Notes: generated from the sequence alone by a model not told the origin. Shown: positions 13,430-26,964, counted from the whole stretch's first letter. The stretch is DNA of 63,759 bases, filler included, from Dicyema japonicum (GCA_011109175.1; 11 parts of 11 records of this genome joined end to end with filler, not necessarily neighbours in it); one strand, 5' to 3'. Made by a program: numbers and translations.

Positions 13430-13998
13430 TTTCTGAAGAATTTCATTATTAATGGAATTTTCTTACATCTTGGTTTCTGATATTTCCCATCATTCAGGGA
13501 ATTTTCGTATCTGACCCGGTCATATTTGTACACAAAAAATAGCGAAAATCTACTAATGATTAATAAAGTTTCAACCGATCTTTAAGGATTTTATTTCCAG
13601 GTCGAGTTTTTAAGCAAATGCTTTGTGAAGAAACATTTTTAGAAAAAACACCAGTTTCGTCACCATTGTAAACATTTTCACGATCATATTCTTGTAATTT
13701 CGTAGATAAAATTATTTGAAATTGTTCTCATTAGTGGCGACTTGCTCATTTAGATTTTCAGTTATTGAGCCAGATTCTCCTGTAATAATCTTAATTTTAC
13801 ATTGTTTCTCTTTTTGAATCTGGAAAGCTATCCATTGTTTCCATAAAATCAGTTATTTCATGTGATCTTGCGTTCTAAATTAAACCATTTTATTTTAAAT
13901 TAAAAATAGTGGCGAGTAACTGAATTTTTCTTATAAAATTTTATTTTTCGTAAAAAAGTGGCGACAAACTGAGGTGGCGACTAGCCGGGGTTTGACTG
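13430..13998 (-). mobile_element. Internally deleted pogo/Tigger copy with a terminal inverted repeat
   Basis: 13440-13870 is a close reverse-complement match to ~4340-4720; minus-strand end TA|CAGTCAAACCCCGGCTAGTCGCCAC with subterminal GTGGCGA motifs. Confidence 0.85.
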
Positions 13999-14109
13999 TA
14001 TTATGTGACATGGGCACCAGGCCTTTATGGGCAGCCTGTCCGTTACGTCTTACTATGGCAACTACTTAACAAATTAATACAATGAACTTTAAAAATTAAT
14101 TAATAGACA

Positions 14110-15034
14110 CTAGCTCAGCAGCTCGCTTCGCTCACCGCGACCTAGCTCCTGCGGAGGGCCTGTTTATCAAATAACTATAAGTTTATGTAGATATAATAAA
14201 CGACCTGGTTTGATGTAGCCCTATTCTAACGCCTGTTGATAAACGCCTGTTTTTAGTTGTTTTTTATTTTTTTAATTTTTGGGTGTTTTTTTGATTATGA
14301 GGATTTTCTTTCTGGTCTTTTTTGGTTTCTTTGGAGCAGGGGGAGCTTTTGAAGGTAGCACAACACATTCGCTGTCAATTGGTGGTCAATTGTGTTAATG
14401 ATTGTAAAAATGTGGTTATATAAGTGTTAAAGTGGTTGTCAAATCTGTTAATTAGACAGTCTATTCAAGGTCGTACAATCTATTAATTGCACACTCTGCA
14501 AGGTCAAATATGATAATAGCTTTAATCTTGATTCATGGTCGATAATGATATATTGGCATTTTTTAATTTTAAAGGACCTACATGTGAGTCGGGGACATGC
14601 TTGTTGTTCATTTTAACCAAAATGCAGAAAATTTTTTTTTTAATTTTTTGGCGGGAAGGTTTTAGGGACCTCATCATGTAAGTCGAGGACATGCTTGGTT
14701 GTTCATTTTAACCAAAATGCAGAAAATGTTTTTTTAATTTTTTTGGCGGGAAGGTTTTAGGGACCTCATCATGTAAGTCGAGACATGCTAGTTGTTCATT
14801 TCACCAAAATGCAGAAATTTTTTTATTTTCTTGGCGGGAAGGTTTTAGGGACCTCATCATGTAAGTCGAGGACATGCTTGTTGTTCTTTTAACCAAAATT
14901 TAGGGACCTCATCATTTTGTTCCCCATTATTGGCTAATTCTGACAATTTATCTGTATTTTGCTAATTTGAAGTTGGTGTACACAGACAGACAGACAGACA
15001 GACAGACACACACCATACCATTTTATTATTAAGA
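14110..15034 (-). mobile_element. Non-autonomous Helitron
   Basis: On the minus strand it starts A|TC followed by (GTCT)n, ends with a GC-rich imperfect hairpin and CTAG|T, and has no TSD. Its 3' ~130 bp is shared with the helicase-coding fragment at 52.5 kb. Confidence 0.88.
14570..14915. repeat. ~85-95 bp tandem minisatellite inside the Helitron (~4 units)
   Basis: Repeated TTTAGGGACCTCATCATGTAAGTCGAGGACATGCTTG..TTAACCAAAATGCAG..GGCGGGAAGG. Confidence 0.9.
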
Positions 15035-15629
15035 TTTAATTGTTATTTTTTAGACGAGACGTCAATACCGATTCTTTTCATCATTTGAAAAAAACATGAA
15101 TTTCGGCCTATACCTCTACGCGTGAATTGGAAAAAATTGTGACTTATGTCATATCACGTACCAGCCTCCCATTTGGTTCTTCTAACATATTGATCTCCTC
15201 AAAAGTGCGGACCGACCGCTAATGAAGGTCAACTCGGTACGCGATGAGTTCAGGACGTCGAAAGAAGTCGGTGCAAAAAAGAACCAGCTCATTTGCTTTT
15301 AGTTTAATAGAAGGCATTGGTTAACTGCTTTTTTTAGTTTTTAGTACGTTAACTCTCATGTCGTAGAAATTAATATTTGTAAAATAGATTTATACAAAAT
15401 ATTATTTTTTTAGACAGAAAGTGATGGTTTTTAAATAGAAAATAGTTTTAGGATTAGTTTATTATATCTCAATAGAGTCAGGGAACGTAAGCTTGGCGCT
15501 CGTTCCGTTGCACACTACCAACAAAAGTTGATAGGTTGGTGGCAAGGGGGAAAAGTTGGTTCTGTTTGTTGCTGATGGAGAATCAGCATCCAATCGTCTC
15601 CACGAGAAGGTGAACCACATGACGATTGG

Positions 15630-16690
15630 TCATTATGCAAAAATCAGTCAAATTTATTCCCCGCGGGTTCATCCGAAATCACGACCTCCATTTCCTCCCG
15701 ATCATTGAAACTATTCAAAAAACGAAGGAGGATCAAATCGACGACATCTATAGCTGGAAATGGAGAATATCTAGCAGACATCAACAAACAAATTGACGAA
15801 TTAATCAAGAAACATAAAACTGACGAATGGAATGATTTTATCACTTCAATAACCCAACATACTGGATCCCGTGCTTCTGGAGAACCCTCAGGAAAATTCA
15901 CAGGAGACAAAAATGTCCCCTCTCACATGCCACCGGTATCTCGACCAAAAAATCTGTCCTATTTTTTCGGGATCAAGCCAACATCTTAATCCGTCATTAT
16001 GCAAAAATCAGTCACCTTCCTACCCCAAAGGATCTCCGTTTCGTAAGAAAATCACATTATAATTCCAATGACAATTCTACACACTATATTACCATCCCAG
16101 AATCACTTACCGCAGCTTGTTGTTAACTCGCGAATTCTAACGTCAGAGGTCCAAATCCTTCCAATCAGTGACCATTTTGAAATGCTCGGACTGCAATTTC
16201 TTGACAAATGCCGAACCCGAAATCACCCTGCCTACTTTCTTTGGCACTCCTCTAATAACAGGAGAATAATTCCGACCCTCGCGGACAAAATCCGCATGCT
16301 TATACCATTTCCTCCGGACATAAACCAGAAGAGAATTCACGACTCGGTAGCTACGAGAGCAATCAGATGTCTTGGAATAAACAAGCTTCTGGGACGCCTT
16401 CCGCCGCCAATTAACAACATCGAATCCTTCCTCTCGAGAGAAGCCGAGTGAACTTGGCTCGTCTCCGCTGTGGCCATCATATTGGCCTACACAATTATCG
16501 TAAAAAAATCGGTCTTGCTGAATCCATCCCTTCCTATTTCTCAGTGACCTTTTCTCCTGTCAGGTCCGCGTTCTGCTTCCTCAGAACACCGGATCACATC
16601 GGGAACTCTGGGAGCGTCCGACATTGGCACTAACGTTCTTGTTAGTCACCGTTTCCTTCAATTGAAGGGGCCGGGGTAAATAAATATTAT
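15630..16690 (+). mobile_element. I/Jockey/Ingi-like LINE fragments (linker region and 3' end)
   Basis: EVQILPISDHFEMLGLQFL..HP..NKLLGRLPPPI..E..LSR..LARLRCGH; ends GGGGTAAATAAAT. Confidence 0.75.
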
Positions 16691-16696
16691 ATCTCA

Positions 16697-17020
16697 AAGA
16701 AAGCTGCCATCCTTGTTGTTGAAAAAGCGCGTGGTACACACCTAGGGACCATAAAAGGCTATGTGTCGGCTAAGTATGGTCAGGTACTACCGAAGTTAAT
16801 TTGAAGGAGTTGATCAAATTTCAAGGGGAATCCCTGATTAAAAAGATCAACTTAAAAGTCCTTCACAAAACTCTCTTTAGCATTCTGAACAACCTGCACA
16901 TTCAAGTATCGCCGTCATCAACGTGGCTGAAGTATGGGAATAACTTTCCCTGATAAGAAGAGTTATTCTCATATTTGCAGGATAGTAATTTTTTCAATGG
17001 AAGACGGAAACAGTGTAGCC
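16697..17020 (+). mobile_element. R4/Dong-like non-LTR fragment
   Basis: AAILVVEKARGTHLGTIKGYVSAKYG..LHKTLF..SSTWLKYGNN..YLQD; homologous to ORF 18644-19111. Confidence 0.7.
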
Positions 17021-17149
17021 GATTTCAAACTGTTTTAAACGTCTAAAAATGTACAAAAGATGAATCACGACTTTTTAACATAAATATACCAGCTGACATT
17101 GTAAGCAGTACAGATATCTATGATCCAATTGAAACATAAGAATTTATTT

Positions 17150-18016
17150 CAATTGATTACAAAATTGCTTTTTCAACCCAAAAGCTCTCTTATTTGCTAC
17201 GCTCTTCTCCGTGTTTTGCTTCTCCAGAAAGACTTTCCGCCATTGACACCTTATCCGTACTTGTACTCAAAACATTTGCAATTCCCCCTTCGACGATAGG
17301 GGTTGGAGACAGGCAACCCTCCCGTTAGCCTTTGGCGGTCTCGACATCCGCTCATGTTCCGACTTATCGTTTCCTGCTTTTCTCTCGTCCCTCTTTTCGA
17401 GCCACACACTTGTCATGGAAATTCTACGCTCCTTCTCGATCGCCGTTATCCGGGGAAACAGTCTGCGATCCGTCGGGCCGCTGGCCCTCCATCGTATAAA
17501 ACATTATTGATGAATTTATGTTCTGAAGGTCTCTGGAATCCGCAGTTTCCCCTCTCAGCTCGAGCCAGTTGGCTTAGACAGAGAGACGGTAAAAGACCTG
17601 ACGGAATAACAATCTTCCCGTTCCGCTCCGGAATGCCTCTGGCTTGGGACGCTACCTGTGTGGATTCATTTTCGAAAACTGGTCTGATTGGCTCAGCGAG
17701 GTCGCCTGGATCTTTGGCAAACAATGCTGAAGAACTAAAGACCAAGAAATACGAATCTATCCAGGACCGGTTTTCATTCCAACCAGTTGCCTTCGAGACA
17801 TCTGGCGTAGTCGGAAAAGGACAGATTTCTTTCTCAAGGAGCTCGGTCGTCTCATCTCTCGTAGAAAAGGTGACCCGAGGGAATACGCCTGGCTACGTCA
17901 GAGGATCGGGTTAGCGATAGTTCGCGGAAACGCCCATTCTATCATGTCTGCCGGCCGATCCTAACCTTTATTAATTTGTTTTTTCGTTATAATAAAATTG
18001 ATTTAAAAAAAAAAAA
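17150..18016 (+). mobile_element. CRE-like retrotransposon 3' portion, internally deleted
   Basis: YLLRSSPC..WRQATLPLAFGGL; DGKRPDGITIFPFRSGMPLAWDATCVDSF..PVAFETSGV..RGNAHSI; poly(A). Confidence 0.85.
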
Positions 18017-18381
18017 TTTATGTTCTAGAAAAAAAAAATTGATTACAGTAAAAAGGAGGCAATGATGATGAGAAGTAAATTAATTAGAAAATTAAATATA
18101 AAATTTTATTCTGAAATCTGCCATTCTCAAATTGGCCACAATTTCGCCAGAACCAAAAATGGGAAATTTGAGAGAGTTTACTGTATAAATATAAAAAACG
18201 AGATCATTCAAATAAAAATGCTTTAGTCATTATTAGTGATGTTTATAAAAATGTTAAAAATATTACTTCAACCCAATATTAAGTATAAAATTATTGAATC
18301 GAGAAACCAATAAACATAAGAATAATGAAAAGTAGAATAAAAAGTAACAAAAACAATGCTTAATAGAAAAAATAATATTCA

Positions 18382-18481
18382 NNNNNNNNNNNNNNNNNNN
18401 NNNNNNNNNNNNNNNNNNNNNNNNNTTAATTAATTAANNNNNNNNNNNNNNNNNNNNNNNNNNNNNNNNNNNNNNNNNNNN
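18382..18481. other. Artificial scaffold spacer (first of ten)
   Basis: 44 N + TTAATTAATTAA + 44 N. The 12-mer recurs at 26777, 33963, 38220, 42414, 47018, 52201, 56950, 60088 and 62567. Confidence 0.97.
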
Positions 18482-18643
18482 TATTATATTACAATAAATA
18501 AAATTTAAATGTTATATTTTATTATTTTAAGTTATAGATTTTACAATTTTAAATGCTAGATTTTATCATTTTAAGTGCTAATTTTTATAATTATAATTGC
18601 TAGATTTTGTGATTTTTTAGCGCTAAAAAATTTTTTTTAACTG

Positions 18644-19111
18644 CTAGAAACAACTTGCCCTAGTTATCACCGTATTTAGCCATATTGTCGACGACTTAAG
18701 GTCGACATGTGGGTTGTCCAATGCTCTGAAAAGGACCTTATGAAGCCTTTTTAAGTTGATCTTTTCCATCAAATTATTATATTGTAATTCGATCAACGCC
18801 TTCACATTTACTAGCCCACCATCATCAACACCATACTTAGCAGACAAAAAAGGTCTGATAGTACCTAGGTGGGTTGCCCGTGTTTTCTCGGTCGTTATTA
18901 TGGCGTGCTTCCTAGCAGACACAGTTGACCCAGCTATCAGGGTGTCGTTCATTCGCATTAGGGTACGCTCACTTAGTTGGACTACTCCACACAGTCCACG
19001 GCCGAATTTATCACGGGGTAAATATAGTCTCTCTTTATTGGCTGCCAGCACATGGACATGGTTCTCTTTGGGTACTCCACGGATCATAACATCCATCTCA
19101 TCATACTCCAC
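18644..19111 (-). mobile_element. R4/Dong-like non-LTR fragment (post-RT region)
   Basis: NKERLYLPRDKFGRGL motif typical of RLE-type elements downstream of the RT thumb; THLGTIRPFLSAKYG; SSTIWL. Confidence 0.75.
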
Positions 19112-19139
19112 AACACAAAAAATTAAATATATTAAATTT

Positions 19140-19218
19140 ATTTTCGACCCCGTTACGATCGATCTGGATTGATTTTAGACCCCTGGGGGTCGAATCGACC
19201 CCAGGTTGAGAACCGCTG
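19140..19218 (-). mobile_element. hAT-type MITE end
   Basis: Minus strand CAGCGGTTCTCAACCTGGGGTCGATTCGACCCCCAGGGGTC, a Charlie/MER5-type TIR with a palindrome. Confidence 0.6.
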
Positions 19219-19221
19219 TAT

Positions 19222-19620
19222 TAGATTATGTCCTTTTTGGGTATTAGTTTTAGTGCCTCGAAATTTATAATAAAAAGTGTCAATTTGGTCATCTTTGGCA
19301 ATAGATGTTGGGGCATACACTTGCATGACCGTAATATTCAATGGTCGTCCACGGAGGTGGATTAGTGTTATCCGATCATTAAATATTCTATGACTTTAAA
19401 TGGCAAGTGCAATTTTCTTTGAAGCAATAAAGGCCACTCCGTTTCTCTTCGCATTAATGTTACTAGAATAATATATGACGAAATCATCAGGACGTAAAAA
19501 ACCACTGTCAATCCGAAAAAAACCAATATCAAGCCTTCTCATTTCTCTTTTTACGACTTCTAGCTTCTCTTCGTTTAAGCCTCTTACGTTCCATGTTGCG
19601 AAATTGTGAGATTCTGTGTG
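19222..19620 (-). mobile_element. RTE-like AP endonuclease fragment
   Basis: ATWNVRGLNEEKLEVVKREMRRL..GVAFI..GRPLNITVMQVYAPTS..FY. Confidence 0.8.
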
Positions 19621-22600
19621 ACGAAGACTCGAGATTTAATTTTTTGCAGTAACGTTGCATCCAATTTGATCGTAGGAGAGTTTGATCATAAGATTTTCTT
19701 TGCATTTAAATACAGGGTAAGTTGCCAGGTCTTTCCCCAATTAAAGCTCCTTAATTTAAAAAAAATTAAAAATAAAATTAATTTTTAAAAATTAAATATT
19801 ATATAATTATTTCAATGTAAAACAAATTAAAATTGTATTGTCATAAAAAAATCCATCAAAAACTCAATCAAAATACTAGGGATCACATATGACCCCATAT
19901 GTCCTTCAGCAAACACGTTAGCAACGTCACCTCCCCTTCCCAAAATGAGAAACTAATTTTGCGAAAATTGGCCCTCGGGCATTTAATAAAATATTTATAT
20001 ATTTGTTAAAAAATCTAACGTAGGATATAAAGCAGCAGTCTTCAACAAGGTTTTAGTAGAAACTCCAACATCTGAGGAAATTAGCATAAGGTCGAATTTT
20101 CATTGAAAAATGTCATATAAAAGCAATTTGCATAGCTTTCATTGTAGGTTCAAACAAGATTATATCCCAATTCTTCAAGGTGATGTTGCATTCACGAATA
20201 CGGAATGTGATAGTCTCAGTATTTGCCTAAGATTAACGAATCACTCTCACCTCTCAAATAATAGAAGAGAAGGGACAACAAATCAAAGTGATCAGTGACA
20301 GTAGAATTACTCAGTAACATGGGGCCATTCATTTCAATTAGTTTGCCTTTTTAATTGTGTGCATTATGGAAAAAATAGCAACTCCAACACTTCTTGGTAA
20401 TCAGAGTAAGTTTTGAACAAGAACAGACAGAGTCCAAATGGAAAATTTACCAAAATTTTTCAATAAAACATGTTGGATTAAGGTCCAGAATCAATGGCTA
20501 CAAGTTTGAGGGAAAGGTAATCATTTCTCTCTAAATTTAAGTCAAGAATAAAGGTAGATAAAAATCCGTCAGAAGATACCAATATACAAAGACACGTCGT
20601 TGTATCGAGGTATATAATTATCAAATAAAAATATAAATTTTTTTGAAATTAAGCAAAAAATCTGGAAGATTGATACGAATTATCACAGAAAATTCAAATA
20701 GTGGAGAACAATCCATTTTGTAGGTTACCAAAATATATATATTTAGACACTTTGACAACAGCCTTCAACACTATTTGATAATCCAATATGTATAATCTTA
20801 AAGAAAATATATTATAATACCTAAAAAAACGATACAACGGATACCAAAATAGTCGACCACAAAAATGTGACGAGTGCATGTCAAATAGTGCATGAATTTA
20901 TTAAAGGTTCGCCATATTAAAAATAATTTTTAAAAATAAATAAATATTAAATTAATTTGATAATTCAAGAATAAACCCAAACGATAAGAATCTACTTTGG
21001 TAATTACGAATTAAGAAATTAAGTTTACGCTTCTTAATAATCTATGGTAGCTCTCTAAAAATATTAGTTGTTTAATTAAATAATAATTTTATCCTATGTT
21101 TACTTTCCACTAATAGTTTCGTTCTTTCTATAAAAATTAAAAAAATCAATAATTAAAAATCTTAACGCCCAATTTGAGTCGAGAACCACTGGTTAACTTA
21201 ACTTTTTATAAAATAATTTCTTATACCATCGTTTTTTCGAATACCAAATTGCTTGATCAAGTTTTTTTTTAATAAGAACTCGGTTCTCTCGCTCACAAAT
21301 AGATATTCGGATTATCAATGACTACACGCATTACCATTAGAAAAACTTTTTCTACGTTATATTAGGCGAAATTATTTTACGGAGGGATCTCAGGGGATAA
21401 AAATTAAGTCTGTTAGACCTGCCAATCCTATAATCAGGCCAAGAATTACTCAAATGCATTGACCCTTGGAATCACCCTACATGGGGTGACTAGGCTGTCA
21501 ATAAATACGGATCATGTGATATTTAAACATTTTGGGAGAAGTATATTTATATTGTCTTCACCATATTTTAACTTTCTCGGATGTTTTGACTTTCAAGTCC
21601 ATCCAGAATCACAGTTATAGGAACTCCTTCAGAAATAACTCAGTGGAGAGAAATTATATTGTCCTTGGCCACTTCCTGACCAGGATTGATCATGTTAACC
21701 ACATTAGTCGAACAAAAGCACTTGATAACAGAAAAGAAACTACAAGTTGACATTTTTTCTGAGGTCCAGGTTTGATCTTTAAAGGTTGAGAAATTTTATC
21801 GTTCATTTGGGGTACTTCGATTATGACTTTGTTTAATGTTTACCGTATGAAAATCTGTCGTAAAGATCTTTTGTTATAAGGGACCGCGGAATGCAGTCGA
21901 AAGTTAAATTATGTTGATGGCCGATTACTTTGGAGACTGACTAGTCACTCGATATTCTTTTAGAACATGGGGGTAACTCTCAGTTAGTCCTGAGTTTTTG
22001 CAAGTCTAAAGCTAATATCCTTATCTTATTTGACGGAACCGATACTCCGGGACAATACTCTGGTACGAGCGTAAACTTATCAAGAGAAATACTGACAACT
22101 ATGAAGTATCCTTATTCTCGTGTTGACTTTTGTATCCTCAACTGACTCTGACTATTAAATCAAACGCTTATGGAAAAATTGTCCTAAAAGAAGAATTTCA
22201 AGAATTTTTAGAAAATAAGTACCGCTCACAACTATGAACCGATCTCACGTCGCAAAAGCAGATAAGGAAACGGTTGAGATTGATTTTGTTAAGAAGATTG
22301 ATTCAACAGGAGTCTTTCCTTAGTCGCTCATCCATGTTCATTCTTTTAAATTTGGAAGATAGTTTTGGCACATAATGGTGCCGATATGTAGGCCTATTTT
22401 GGGAAAATTTTATAGATTTTTCGATTGTGTAGAATAGGAAGCGAATAAATGACTATGTTAATACGGGCCAAATCAAAACCCTGGAGTATCGGAATTACCT
22501 TGAAGTATTTATAGATCAGGAGGGATTATATATATGAGTGAAAAGGAAAAAAGCAGTTATATTGCACTGACTTGCATCGAGCACCACCACATAATAATAT

Positions 22601-22624
22601 TCGCACTTTCCGAGGAGCCATATC

Positions 22625-22896
22625 AGTTATAGCTCCCCTCAGGCAGAAACACACTTTATTTTTTATTTAAGCAAAGAACAGTTATAATAGCTAATCGAGG
22701 GAGGATCACTTCATTTTTTTCTTGTGTCCTTTATAGACAATCCGGTTCCGCAGTGAGGTTCACTAATGACGGCGTCACTCGTCAAACCATAGCATATTGA
22801 TGCGTGGAACCTTCAACCGAATGTGCGTCATTGGGATTTGAACTAGCGACCTTCAGGCCTCATTCCCGGAATCCGTCACACTGAGCCAGCGCCACC
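22625..22896 (-). mobile_element. tRNA-derived SINE, copy with alternative head
   Basis: Minus strand A-box TGGCTCAGTG and B-box GTTCAAATCC, followed by a body homologous to 62935-63150. Confidence 0.75.
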
Positions 22897-23989
22897 ACAA
22901 CACATTTTTTATTTATCTTAATAAAAATAAAATATTAAACACGTGTAAGAATACTATTCTTTGTTACTCCACGTACGAAATCATCATATTCTACATTAAA
23001 GAACTATGTATGTCAGTTTGAATAAGAATTTTGGATTCTATGTATGTCAGTTTGAATAAGTTGAATAGAATTTTTGCGATCAGGTCTCAAAAATTGTAGT
23101 TTATTTTTAAAAAATATATTTTTGAAATTTTATTGTTAATTGGAGCTCATAAATTTCTGAGTCTGAATCCTTTTAATTTTTGGAAGCTTATAAAAGCATT
23201 CTCGCAATTAATTTCGATGAGGACCCTATTAATTCATGCTATTAATTTCGCGTCATTTTAAGATCTCGTTTCCGCCATATAAGTTAATTGATCAGCCTGA
23301 TAAACTTTGCCGTACTGGGGCAACGTTTATTGAATAATATGTTTGTTTAACTTGGAAGCAGATCACTGACCTTGCTGAACTGTATTGGATCGCCTCTCTT
23401 AAGAAGGAAGATGGATATTGGAGAAAGGATATGGATTATTGAGCCCATTTCCTTAAAAATAATCTTTGGAGATAGGTTTTCAATACTGAAAACGTCCAGT
23501 CTGACTGAATCAAGCTTCTAGTAGTTGTTAACTGTTTGTGTAGTTAAAAATAAAATTTTTTTTAATCAAAGTCTATGATGCAGCTTTGCGCAGTTTTGAG
23601 TTAACTATTGAAACTCTCAAAAAAGAGAGAAATTTTAATAAAATTAATGTTAAAAATTTCATAATTATGTTTTATAATAAATAAAAAAATTATTTGACCT
23701 ATTTATAAATTTTACGATAGTTATATTATTTGTTTTTCGAAATTTAGATGCCATTTTTTGAAAATTTAGTTGCCATAAAAAATTGCCCTAATAATTATAT
23801 TACAATTTCATTGGCTGTGATCCTTCCGAGAAAATAGTTTGCAAAATAATAGATCTTCTTTTAAATTTTAGTTGCCATAAAAAATTGCCCTAATAATTAT
23901 ATTACAATTTCATTGGCTGTGATCCTTCCGAGAAAATAGTTTGCAAAATAATAGATCTTCGATTATTGTAATTTCTACGACATATGTAA

Positions 23990-25060
23990 TTAAATGTGCA
24001 TCTTTTTTGTCAATTCCCTCATCAACTTATATAGCGAATTTATTATTGCGTAGTCAAGAAACCAACTGATTTTTCTAAGAGCTTCAGATATGTCATCAAT
24101 TTTTCTAGCGTCTATGGTATCAGAAAACGGTATTTGCCATATTTGGTTGTGAATAAGACTCGCCAACAAATAGCTGTTTCATAAAACTAGAGTTTCTCGG
24201 ATATTTAATGTTTACTTATATTTTGCAATTCTGTTAAAAAAAATGCACGAAGCTAGCTAAGCATTTGATGAGACAGAAACATATTTTTTAAACGTTTTCG
24301 TTTGGTTATCGAACCCTTCTAATTTTCTTTTAAAAGATAGTACATAATTATAAAATTATAATACATAATTATCATGATGATACATGTAAACCATCGTAAC
24401 GTGAAGATAATTATCATAAATTAAACTAAAAATAAGATCAAGTCATACCAACGATTAAAATACGAGATCTGGTGCTAAATTATCATGATGATACATGTAA
24501 ACCATCGTAACGTGAAGATAATTATCATAAATTAAACTAAAAATAAGATCAAGTCATACCAACGATTAAAATATGAAATCTGGTGCTTGTCGGTGAAGTC
24601 ATTAAGAATCGATCTGTATTTATACAATTAAGTTACATAATATTTATAGTCATCAACCTTATATTTCTTAGAAAGAAGCTATAATAATATTTTCAAAATA
24701 CTCTCAAAAATCGATTTATGAGGTTATTTCGAATTTTAATATTGCTCAACGTATTCAGGGTTTCATCCAATAGTCCGGGAGGTCCTTCATAGGCAAACCT
24801 TACTAAGTTATTTAATCGCGATTCTCGATCATTCTGTATTATATTCTCAAATGTACCGATTGGTTTATATCTTTAGTGAAAATGATGGTCAACTTAGAAT
24901 GAAGTTTACTCAATCCATTTTTTGCTATTTGACTAAGATTATTAATCAATTACTCTGTAATTTTTCTACGTCAAAGAAATACCCCGATAAATTTAGAAAA
25001 GAAGATTCTTTGCTTTTTTGATAAAAGAGCTAGTAATAATTGTATCCATGTCTTGTTAGA
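23990..25060 (-). CDS. Uncharacterised multi-exon gene (boundaries approximate)
   Basis: Open frames joined by 23-29 nt GT-AG introns, e.g. KNGLSKLHSKLTIIFTKDINQS-NDRESRLNNLVRFAYEGPPGLLDETLNTLSNIKIRNNLINRFLR-LLSKKYKVDDY. No family recognised and not all junction phases resolved. Confidence 0.5.
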
Positions 25061-25099
25061 ATCTCCATNTTAATTTACTATCCTAAGATAAATCATCCA

Positions 25100-26730
25100 G
25101 GTAGTCGGTGGGGGAATCATTTAAACACGTAATAGATATGAGTGAAAGAGAGGTGAGTTTTAAGGTGGTAATCTCGAAAATAAAGGAAAAAGGCTTTTTT
25201 TTAATAGGAACCAACTTCTGTTTCTTAGGATTAAACTAGAAAATGCGTGTAAGGAGTAAAATATTGTACAAAAGATTCTTCTCCGTGTTCCTGAGCACTC
25301 TGATCATGAATATGGGCTGCAAACTGTTTGATCAAATTCTAAGAATGGAACGAGATACGCCAGCGAACATCATATGGAAAAATTCTATTTCCCAGATAAT
25401 AAATAGAATGGTGATGCTTACCAAAGTCCTTAATGAAGATTTGAGACCAGTAAACAAAGCGTTAAGGACGGTGAAAACCTCAGAAGTCTGCAGAGTCGGG
25501 TATCGAAAAAAGGGAGGATGGGATTGTCCATTATCGAGGATCATATAAACGCTGCGAGAATGAAATTTAGCTAATGTGATTCTAAGTTGTTGCTATAATA
25601 ATCTGAGCGGAGTTTTTTTATCCAACTGAATAAACGACAAGTTTGGAAAGATGTAAATTCTTTATCTAGGAAAGCTCACTTTCGACTAATGACTCTTATC
25701 TGACAGTTGAAAAAAACGATTGCTGGATCATTAATACCAACTTCCACATTTTCGTTATTATTGATCTTGAAAGATTTTACAATATCCATGGGTTGAAGAA
25801 AACCCGTACTATTTTTAGAAGAAACAATATTTTTATATATTCCAAGTTTGGCGGGTCACACTCATGATAAACATGATTGAGGCAGTCATTTTCAATTTTT
25901 AAAAATAGTATCTTTCTTTAGTAAAAGATTGTTGGCTTCAGTATCGGATCCAGGTTATATTCCAGAAGGCCACAGAAAGAATACAAATTAACCTGGACAT
26001 GTTTAATGACTGGATAGTGGAAAACCGCGTCGTGGTGAATGCAGAGAACTCGTTTACGGCACTTTTTACCCCTGACAAAAGATTGGGAAGAAAGACAGTC
26101 ACCTTGAAGTTAAACAAAATCGACATCCCTTTTTTACAGATGTCAAAGGNGATTGTTGGCTTCAGTATCGGATCCAGGTTATATTCCAGAAGGCCACAGA
26201 AAGAATACAAATTAACTTGGACAGGCTTAATGACTGGATAATGGAAAACCGCGTCGTGGTGAATACAGAGAAGTCGTCTACGGGACTTTTTACCTCTGAC
26301 AAAAGATTGGGGAAAAGACAGTCACCTTGGAGTTAAACAAAATCGACATCCCTTTCAACAGATGTCAAAGGATCCTGGGTATGACAATCGATATGCATCT
26401 CTGTCTGACATCACACGTAGAAAACATTCTATTGAATTGCAAAAGAAACTGAACGTATTGAAAAGTTCATCGGGAATATGGAAGAGTCGTACTCACCCGG
26501 TCCTGATGAACGTGTGCAAACAGATCATCGAGCCATGTTTTTCATATGCATGCGCCTCGTATGGATTGTCCATATTTTGGTTAAAAATGAGGAAAATTGA
26601 GGAAATGCAAAAGAGGGCTTACAGAGTAACGGAGCGATAGATTTTTGAAGATCATCGAACCGGACCTACGCCTCTGGAGGCCCTTATGAGACTAGACTGA
26701 AAATTCAGGAAGGATCTCAGGAAGGTGATC
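25100..26730 (+). mobile_element. Highly degenerate Jockey/I-like LINE ORF2
   Basis: WIVENRVVVNAE..LFT, ILGMTID, LQKKLNVLK, KQIIEPCFSYAC, QKRAYR. Confidence 0.65.
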
Positions 26731-26964
26731 CTNNNNNNNNNNNNNNNNNNNNNNNNNNNNNNNNNNNNNNNNNNNNTTAATTAATTAANNNNNNNNNNNN
26801 NNNNNNNNNNNNNNNNNNNNNNNNNNNNNNNNAAAAATATTAAAATATGAGAACAGACTGACCTATTTTTACTGAAAATTCAGGTATGAACAATCTAACA
26901 TATAATAAAAGAAATTGAATTCAATTTATTAAAACCAAAAATAATCCCCAAAGAGAAACCCAAG

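Noticed and set aside
14570-14915. CRISPR-like array
   Set aside because: Eukaryotic context, no unique spacers; it is a Helitron-internal minisatellite.
18426-18437. Recurrent TTAATTAATTAA as a biological motif
   Set aside because: Always centred in 44 N + 44 N blocks; it is an artificial six-frame-stop scaffold linker.
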